Positions 28,176-34,009 of a stretch of 42,118 bases of DNA are shown here, in pieces (position 1 is the first letter of the stretch; each line of letters begins with the position of its first letter). A program made the translations under genes and the position numbers. The DNA is from Geobacteraceae bacterium (lineage in GTDB: Bacteria; Desulfobacterota; Desulfuromonadia; Geobacterales; Geobacteraceae), in contig JBGPID010000001.1 in assembly GCA_041484725.1 (NCBI GenBank), positions 1-42,118 on the forward strand. Direction: 5' to 3'. The notes under the pieces were generated by a model, which was not told where the DNA came from, searched no databases, and was given only the letters and a program-made list of their open reading frames with translations.

Positions 28176-29734
28176 CGGATAATTCCAACGGCAGGTTGCA
28201 GACAGTTTTCTTGATGGCTCACTAATCCCATCAACTGGACAAGCAAAACAGGAAGTTGCTCAACCCGCAGTGTAGACGACAGACCATCTGCCTGCTGCTG
28301 ATTACTCCAGACCAGGTAATCAACTGTACAATCCGGAGCACCAAGTCTGCGGTAGACCTCCGGCATTATCGGCAGGTGATCACCATACAGACAAAACCAC
28401 GCGCCCCGTTCCATGGATTCAAGCTGTTGCCGCACCATGCCCAGCAACTGGTCGGCTTGTTCAATATGCCTCAAGTAAACGGTCAAATCATCACATCCCT
28501 GTGGTTGGCTGGTCGTATAAAGACGTTGACGGTCTTCCGGATGGGCCTGCTCAAGGTGAAGTGGGCCATGGTTTTCCATTGTGATGACAAACAGGAAAAC
28601 CGGCGGTGTCTCTGTTCTTTCATGCCGTGCAAGCTCTCGGCAAGCTTCTCGTGCAACCGCTGCATCCCCCACATACTGACCAACGTAGTCATTTTTATCA
28701 AACTTGGAAATATCTATGAATTCATCAAAGCCCAGCAGGGGAAAGATCCTTTCACGGTCATAGAACCCGGCTGAGTAGGGATGCAGACAGACCGTGCGAT
28801 AGCCCATCTTTTTCAGAAATCCAGCCAGGGTCGGCACCCCCTGATGGGCCATGCGACGGTATGGCTTGAAGCGATGGATACCGAGCTGACTGTTGGCAAT
28901 GCCGGAAAGAAATGCAAATTCAGTTCTTGCGGTGTTGGCCCCCCAGGCAGGCACTTCCAGCTGGCCGTGGCTGACGGCACTCTGCCTGAGATTGTCAAAG
29001 TTGCGAAGCAGCTCCGGGGAAATCCCTGCGATCCAGCGGCGCGGGTCAAAGAAGGACTCGCTCTGGATCACCACCAGGTTGGGCAACTCGCCCTTTGGTT
29101 TGGGCGATGGAGCGGCAAAACAGGTTGCTGCCTCCCCCTGCCAGGGCTGCTTTTCCGACATGCCGTAATGCCAGAGAGTGGGTAGCAACCCCAGACGGGT
29201 CAGGTCTTCACCAGGGTCAAGCAGCAGACGTACCTTGCCAGTGAAGCCGAACAATATCAGACCAGCACCGGCAACTGCCGTAACCGTCGAACCGGCGGCA
29301 GCCGGCAGCATGCCAAGAGATTGTTCCAAGCGCAGGCCGGTTGCCACAGCCACCACAACGGCAAGTATGACCGTAAAGCCAGACCACAATCCTAAAAACG
29401 GGAGATAGAAACGTGGATACCGCAAGGCATCCACAAAATAGCTTAAGTCCTGATAAATAAACGGTTCACGCAGAGATTGATACTTGGCATTGCTGATCAG
29501 GATCACGAAGAGCATCAGAACCAACAGACCGGCGGAAGCAAACCAGGGACGACGGAGCAGTAGCAGCAGAAGTGTGTACAACAGCAGCCAGATCCCCAGA
29601 TGCAACATTAGCGCTTTGCCTGGACGTTGCCAAGGATGTACGGGCTGCGGTTTAAGCAGCAGTTCCAGAACAAAGGAAAGGACAAGGCCAAGCAACAGCG
29701 GCCATGTTATTGTCTGCCACGCCTGCTCAGCCAT
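28172..29734 (-). CDS. membrane-anchored sulfatase/alkaline-phosphatase-superfamily protein (LtaS / phosphoglycerol- or phosphoethanolamine-transferase-like)
   Basis: 520-aa ORF. About 5 N-terminal TM helices, then LVVIQSESFFDP and WGANTARTEFAFLSG (nucleophile-Thr context typical of LtaS/MdoB-type enzymes). Confidence 0.75.
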   Translation of the reverse strand: MAEQAWQTITWPLLLGLVLSFVLELLLKPQPVHPWQRPGKALMLHLGIWLLLYTLLLLLLRRPWFASAGLLVLMLFVILISNAKYQSLREPFIYQDLSYFVDALRYPRFYLPFLGLWSGFTVILAVVVAVATGLRLEQSLGMLPAAAGSTVTAVAGAGLILFGFTGKVRLLLDPGEDLTRLGLLPTLWHYGMSEKQPWQGEAATCFAAPSPKPKGELPNLVVIQSESFFDPRRWIAGISPELLRNFDNLRQSAVSHGQLEVPAWGANTARTEFAFLSGIANSQLGIHRFKPYRRMAHQGVPTLAGFLKKMGYRTVCLHPYSAGFYDRERIFPLLGFDEFIDISKFDKNDYVGQYVGDAAVAREACRELARHERTETPPVFLFVITMENHGPLHLEQAHPEDRQRLYTTSQPQGCDDLTVYLRHIEQADQLLGMVRQQLESMERGAWFCLYGDHLPIMPEVYRRLGAPDCTVDYLVWSNQQQADGLSSTLRVEQLPVLLVQLMGLVSHQENCLQPAVGIIR

Positions 29735-30494
29735 GATAACCCAACACGCGGAGCAGACGCCCGGAAATCACCGGGGGCAGTATTGCGAGTAGCCAGCAGC
29801 CAATGCTCAAGGGGAAAGGAAAGCTGATCCGGGGACGGTTGGCTGCCAAGCCTCGCCTGATCGCCGTGGCAGCTTGATCGGCTGACCAGAGAAACGGCTT
29901 GGGGCCCGGAACCGAGCTGGACATCCGGGAGACAACAAAGCCGGGCATGACCAGATTTACTTTTATACCTTCATGTTCAAGACGGCACTGCATTGCCTCG
30001 GCGTAATTCTTGATGGCCGCCTTGCTGGCCGAATAGCTGGGGGTTATCGGCATGCCGTACCATGCGGCAAGAGAACTGATTAAAGCAATTTGCCCACTCC
30101 CCTGTCGACGCATAAACGGTAGTACGGCCTGCACGGTGCCCATGGTGGCCAGAACATTGACCTCAATCACCTCTACAATTGCTTCCCAGCGTTCTCCGTT
30201 GTTGTCAGCGGTACTGCTGACCCCGGCATTGGCAATCACCAGCTCTGGATGTTCCTGCTCACAGACAACCTGAAGTTGTGCCATGAACCGTTGATGATCT
30301 CTCAGATCAGATACCTGTGTCACGACCCGAGCACCAAGGCTCCGACAGTGCCCGGCCAGATGTTCCAGCCGCTCATCACGTCCGAACAGAATCAGAGTTT
30401 TACCCGGCGCGGCATACTGTTCAGCCAAAGCGCTGCCAATCCCCCCCGTGGCCCCGGTGATCAGAATGGTCTTCGGCTCTTCAGACCTGCTCAC
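29727..30494 (-). CDS. short-chain dehydrogenase/reductase (SDR)
   Basis: 255-aa ORF with ILITGATGGIGSALA and YSASKAA (YxxxK). GTG start overlapping the kpsS stop (GTGA). Confidence 0.9.
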   Translation of the reverse strand: MSRSEEPKTILITGATGGIGSALAEQYAAPGKTLILFGRDERLEHLAGHCRSLGARVVTQVSDLRDHQRFMAQLQVVCEQEHPELVIANAGVSSTADNNGERWEAIVEVIEVNVLATMGTVQAVLPFMRRQGSGQIALISSLAAWYGMPITPSYSASKAAIKNYAEAMQCRLEHEGIKVNLVMPGFVVSRMSSSVPGPKPFLWSADQAATAIRRGLAANRPRISFPFPLSIGCWLLAILPPVISGRLLRVLGYHG

Positions 30495-31747
30495 AACAGT
30501 TCTTCTAGAGGAGATCGTTCTGCGGTAAGTCTGGCCACCGAGTTTTCAACTGCCAGACGGATACCATTGGCACAATAAAAGCTGCCGTTCACCAGGGTAG
30601 CCTGAATCACAGTAGCTTTGAAGCAGTGGAACAGCTCCGGGTCAGGGGGAGCTGAAGCCCGCCAAAACTGATCAAGCGTCCCCTGAAAGGTAAGGCCCGG
30701 CAAATTATAGATCGGATCACCGAGGGTAATGGTGGGACAGTTGAACTGCAATGCCACACCACCAACGGTGCTGTTGACGGTAACGGTCCCCCGGGCATGT
30801 TGTACCAGCAATTCCAAATTTCCGGTTTCCAGGTAGTCGATCCTACCCACAATCCCAAAACGCTGTTCAAGCTTTCTAATAACACGAGGATAGTTTACCA
30901 GCTCCATATCAAGGGGATGATTCTTGATAACCAGACGGCTGTCTGACGGTGCATGAAGCGCAAAGGATTCCATGACAAATTCCATCACATCGGTCATATG
31001 TTCAAAGTCGGAATGATCACGAATCTGGGCGTCACTATTCAGCTGCAGAGGGAGCAGATAGAAGGGTATGCGAGATGTGATTAATGCACTGATCGTTGCG
31101 CTGTCGCGTTGCTCATTCCTCGGTTTCAGCGCTAGTCGCTTCAGATACCCGGCATACATGACTGGGGCAATGTTGGGAGCATGGGTACGGTACCCTGGGA
31201 AAAGAACGGAGTTTGTTGTGCTCGCGAGATGATATAGAACATCATGCATGGCCCTGACACGAAATGGTGATTGAAGTGGTTCTGGTGGTGGAATATTCGT
31301 CAAAAGCCTGCCGGTCTGCCGGTACCAGTCGGGATCGCGGGGCAACAGCGAATGAGCATTGACCCCTCCGCGCTCCAGGGTCACCCAATTGGGGCGGAAA
31401 TAACCTTCCTCAAACACATGGACGCGTATACCATCTTTCCGGGCCAGTTCAATGGCCGGACGATGAACCGGACGGCGGTCACCGAACAGGATTATATCGG
31501 TAACACCGGCTGAACGACATTTTTCAATCAGAAACGTGGCAAGCTGTGCTACCCGCCACCTGAACGTCCAGGCTGGTCGTCTTCCCCAGTAGGCAGTATC
31601 ACCACCGTTAAAATTTATCTTTGAAACCAAGTGCCCATCTGCCACTAACCGATCGGCTAACCGGGGGAAAAAAGGCGAACAGACACCTTGTAAGAAGAGA
31701 AAAGAATGATGTGGTCGGGAGTTATGTGACAGCGTGAACCGTTTCAT
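30491..31747 (-). CDS. kpsS: KpsS-like capsule biosynthesis protein (Capsule_synth family; predicted initiating beta-Kdo transferase)
   Basis: 418-aa ORF with FLFLQGVCSPFFPRLADRL...VSKINFNGGD...IILFGDRRPVH...VHVFEEGYFRP, the pattern I recall for KpsS. AAGGAG lies 9 nt upstream of the ATG. It is the first gene of the long minus-strand operon. Confidence 0.85.
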   Translation of the reverse strand: MKRFTLSHNSRPHHSFLFLQGVCSPFFPRLADRLVADGHLVSKINFNGGDTAYWGRRPAWTFRWRVAQLATFLIEKCRSAGVTDIILFGDRRPVHRPAIELARKDGIRVHVFEEGYFRPNWVTLERGGVNAHSLLPRDPDWYRQTGRLLTNIPPPEPLQSPFRVRAMHDVLYHLASTTNSVLFPGYRTHAPNIAPVMYAGYLKRLALKPRNEQRDSATISALITSRIPFYLLPLQLNSDAQIRDHSDFEHMTDVMEFVMESFALHAPSDSRLVIKNHPLDMELVNYPRVIRKLEQRFGIVGRIDYLETGNLELLVQHARGTVTVNSTVGGVALQFNCPTITLGDPIYNLPGLTFQGTLDQFWRASAPPDPELFHCFKATVIQATLVNGSFYCANGIRLAVENSVARLTAERSPLEELL

Positions 31748-31893
31748 ATGTTATAACTCCTTCTCCAATCTATCCAACTTTGCATACCATTCCCTCGATT
31801 ACCCGCAGTCGCATTACAGTCTGCAGAACGGCAGGGCAAAAAACCTCCTCATCAGGGATACAATCAATAATATGGGCTACGTTGAAGCCAAAT

Positions 31894-31911
31894 ATTTGCA
31901 GATCTGCAAAT
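31894..31911. promoter_or_regulatory. perfect 18-bp palindrome ATTTGCAGATCTGCAAAT in the kpsS leader (candidate operator)
   Basis: Read directly and self-complementary over all 18 nt. It lies ~150 bp upstream of the kpsS ATG inside a 377-bp AT-rich non-coding region. Function is unproven. Confidence 0.3.
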
Positions 31912-32124
31912 GTTGTCAGTTGTCGTGTTAGAGCCCCGCTGGCTGCATATTCTGGATAACGTGATTCTGCATATTCCGATTTCCTTGGCTATCATCTCTG
32001 TTAAACTTTATCCCAGTCATGAATTTCCGTTTAGCAATCAACTCCTGCAAAAAAACTAAAAATTTTTCAACTCCGATATGTTACTGCACGGTATTTCCAT
32101 ATCAAATTGAAAATTAGATGTCAA

Positions 32125-32313
32125 TCACCATTTGAAATCTGACCCAAAGGACGCCAAGTATTGACCCTGCCAAGTTTGTAATTTCCTTATTATCCGCGCC
32201 TGCCGCAATTCCTGGAGCGGCATTTCCCGCAAAAGCTGCTGGGTCTGTTCCTCCGCCTTGGCGCGGGCCTCCGGCGACATCTTCGATCGTAACGTGCTGT
32301 AAGGTTTTGTCAT
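32125..32313 (-). CDS. XRE/HigA-like antitoxin fragment (N-terminal helix present, HTH core apparently missing)
   Basis: 62-aa ORF. MSPEARAKAEEQTQQLLREMPLQELRQAR matches the N-terminal extension that I recall in ~100-aa XRE-type antitoxins. The expected LTQxxLAxxLGVSQ HTH does not follow. Possibly an internal deletion. Confidence 0.35.
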   Translation of the reverse strand: MTKPYSTLRSKMSPEARAKAEEQTQQLLREMPLQELRQARIIRKLQTWQGQYLASFGSDFKW

Positions 32314-32340
32314 GAAATTATGTCCCCTTCAGTCTCATTC

Positions 32341-32703
32341 TCACGCTGCCAGTTTGGTCGAGGCCGTGATCTCCTCCCATGGCACCACATATCGTCCGGT
32401 TTCATCCTTCTCAACCAGCCCGATGTTTTCCAGGGCCTTCACGTCGTCATGGACGTTCTTGTAGTGCCGATGAAGGAGTTTTGCCAGGGCATAGATGGTC
32501 ATTGGTCCGGACTTGTGCAGGGTATCCATAAGGACAAACCGCTTTGGTGGGATGTATTCCAGAGAAGTCTTCATATCGCCGAAGTAGCCACGCTCAACAG
32601 GTTTATCAGGAAATATTCCCTTATCCGCATTCGTCAGGATCTCACTGATTTCCCGGTTGTACTCTTCTTCGCTGACGATCCCCACCTTGAAATCCCTTTT
32701 CAT
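32341..32703 (-). CDS. winged-helix DNA-binding antitoxin candidate (TumA / HVO_A0114-like)
   Basis: Start chosen at MKRDFKVGIV (ATGA overlap with the upstream stop). The C-terminal half, MTIYALAKLLHRHYKNVHDDVKALENIGLVEKDETGRYVVP, looks like a winged HTH. Confidence 0.55.
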   Translation of the reverse strand: MKRDFKVGIVSEEEYNREISEILTNADKGIFPDKPVERGYFGDMKTSLEYIPPKRFVLMDTLHKSGPMTIYALAKLLHRHYKNVHDDVKALENIGLVEKDETGRYVVPWEEITASTKLAA

Positions 32704-32996
32704 ACATTCCCTCTCGATAGCCGCCATGCGGCCTTGTCGGCGTTGAAATCCCTGAAAAGCTGAATAAGGCTGACAAAACGGTATGGTTCTTCCCTGTCGC
32801 CGAAGTGTCGGTGATCACCCTTGCCTTGCTCGTTATCGTACCGGACGATGCTTGTTCCATCGGCAAGGCCGAAATAAAAGCGATACTTGAACGGATGGTT
32901 GCAACCTGGAACCGGTGATGTCAACTGCCACACAATGACCTCCGTAACGGTACCGTCAACGGCTCGCTTGTCCTTGATTATCAGTTCAGCACCCAT
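32700..32996 (-). CDS. TumE-like (DUF6516-like) toxin candidate
   Basis: 98-aa ORF. VIVWQLTSPVPGCNHPFKYRFYFG...VRYDNEQGKGDHRHFGDREEPYRF matches my memory of the TumE/DUF6516 signature (FKYR..Y..., YDNE.GKGDHRH). Confidence 0.55.
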   Translation of the reverse strand: MGAELIIKDKRAVDGTVTEVIVWQLTSPVPGCNHPFKYRFYFGLADGTSIVRYDNEQGKGDHRHFGDREEPYRFVSLIQLFRDFNADKAAWRLSRGNV

Positions 32997-33111
32997 TGAG
33001 ACCCCGGCTGTATATAGCTTTTTTTACCATATAAATAGAAAGAGGGCAAATAAAAAAAGAAGTACGCCTACCGTTGTTACTTCGCTTCCATATTTCCCCT
33101 GTGTCGGGTTT

Positions 33112-33498
33112 TCATCGCGCCACCTTAACCTTACCCTTCGCCGCGGCAAGACTGACAACCTTCCCGGCGCTTTTCCCGGTGACTATGCTTTTCAGCTTCC
33201 TTTCCCAAGCCTCCATTGCAGCCTGTTTTTCCTTGTCATAGGTGTAACGGACATAGACATGGGTGACCACCCGTTTCCGGTTGGTTACGTGGTTCTGGAT
33301 GCGGTCTATGGTCTGTTCGTCTATGCCGATCTCCGCCATATGGGTTGATACCGTTCGCCGCAAGTCGTGGGGTGTGAATGGGTCGACCCCCAGGATGTTC
33401 CTGACGGCAGAATACGGATGCCGAAGCCTTCCCCTTCCCTGATATCGACGATCTTCCCTTCAGGCTTCAGGTTCGATATGAACCGGTCGGTAAACCTC
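33112..33498 (-). pseudogene. P4-type tyrosine integrase remnant with a large internal deletion
   Basis: From the ATG at 33498: MRFTDRFISNLKPEGKIVDIREGEGFGIRILPSG (DUF4102 arm-binding N-terminus). About 33 codons later it joins, out of frame, to ...ILGVDPFTPHDLRRTVSTHMAEIGIDEQTIDRIQNHV...YVRYTYD (box II H-x-x-R and the C-terminal Tyr region). The ~250-300 residues normally between the two parts are absent. Confidence 0.8.
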
Positions 33499-33509
33499 AT
33501 AACTCACCC

Positions 33510-33569
33510 CGTGTGGTCTCACTTCTGCGTGGTTTCGTGCGGTCCCTCGTGTGGTCTCGTGTAGTCTGG
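33510..33569 (+). repeat. cluster of short direct repeats (CGTGTGGTCTC x2 plus two degenerate copies); candidate integrase arm-type sites
   Basis: CGTGTGGTCTC occurs at 33510-33520 and 33548-33558. Related CGTGGTTTCGTG is at 33528-33539 and CGTGTAGTCTGG at 33558-33569. The cluster lies between the integrase start and the tRNA fragment. Confidence 0.45.
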
Positions 33570-33610
33570 CAATGAAAGAGATGCTTGGAAACTGACAGGC
33601 ATGTTAAATA

Positions 33611-33786
33611 GTTTCCATCCGGAAACGGTCCTTTCCCGCCCTGGCGGTGTCAATCTTCGGGCTTGCTTGTGCGGCGTAACGATGTACGCCTCCGCGCAAA
33701 CCCTCGATTTCCTTGCCTGGACGAAAAATTCCTCATTTCCGAATTGGAAACCAGTAGTGTCTCATCCGGAGTTTCCGGATGGACAC
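33611..33786 (+). mobile_element. complete MITE (176 bp) with 16-bp terminal inverted repeats and a target-site duplication
   Basis: The left end GTTTCCATCCGGAAAC and the reverse complement of the right end GTGTCCATCCGGAAAC match at 15/16. It is flanked by TAAATA(G) on both sides (33605-33610/11 and 33787-33792/93). There is no room for a transposase, and internal hairpins are present. Confidence 0.8.
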
Positions 33787-33880
33787 TAAATAGAGTATAA
33801 TAGACTATATGCCAATATGTTAGGTGCATTATTTGGAACATTTTGAAAATTTAAAAACACTCTGAAACCTATTTTCAGGA

Positions 33881-33927
33881 GACTCTTAATCGTCAGGTCC
33901 GCGGTTCGAACCCGCGCGCGCCCACCA
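33881..33927 (+). tRNA. 3' fragment of a tRNA (Lys-CTT-like), not a complete gene; probable att-site remnant
   Basis: Anticodon-loop-like CTCTTAA, TCGTC, variable AGGTC, T-arm CGCGG-TTCGAAC-CCGCG, acceptor 3' strand CGCGCCC, discriminator A and CCA ending at 33927. No complementary GGGCGCG 5' acceptor strand or D-arm lies upstream, where the sequence is AT-rich and unrelated. Confidence 0.6.
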
Positions 33928-33930
33928 TAA

Positions 33931-33971
33931 AAACAAAAGGGGTTAGCTCATGCAGCTAACCCCTTTTGTTT
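33931..33971. terminator. bidirectional rho-independent terminator
   Basis: Perfect 18-bp stem (33931-33948 pairs with 33954-33971) with loop CATGC. T-runs follow on both strands. It lies between the tRNA fragment (+) and the histidine kinase stop (-). Confidence 0.75.
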
Positions 33972-34009
33972 GTGTTGATATCATTGGCCTTTCGGAGTAC
34001 GTATTTGCG

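Noticed and set aside
32887-33348. A 153-aa + strand ORF.
   Set aside because: It overlaps the integrase C-terminal fragment (clear HDLRRT motif) and the TumE-like ORF on the opposite strand. It has no motifs of its own.
33601-33841. ORFs 33601..33789 (+) and 33650..33841 (-).
   Set aside because: Both fall inside the MITE, and the same sequence recurs at the window edges in non-coding contexts. The repeat is TIR-delimited with a TSD, so it is a mobile non-coding element.
33851-33927. A complete tRNA gene ending at the CCA at 33927.
   Set aside because: The T-arm and 3' acceptor strand CGCGCCC are perfect. However, no GGGCGCG 5' strand, D-arm or properly paired anticodon stem lies upstream, where the sequence is AT-rich and unrelated. 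Only a 3' fragment is present.
33881-33927. A tmRNA (ssrA) 3' end as the integration target.
   Set aside because: The acceptor strand has C at the position that would need U for the G3:U70 alanine identity pair. The sequence 5' of the T-arm looks like a normal anticodon arm plus a 5-nt variable loop.
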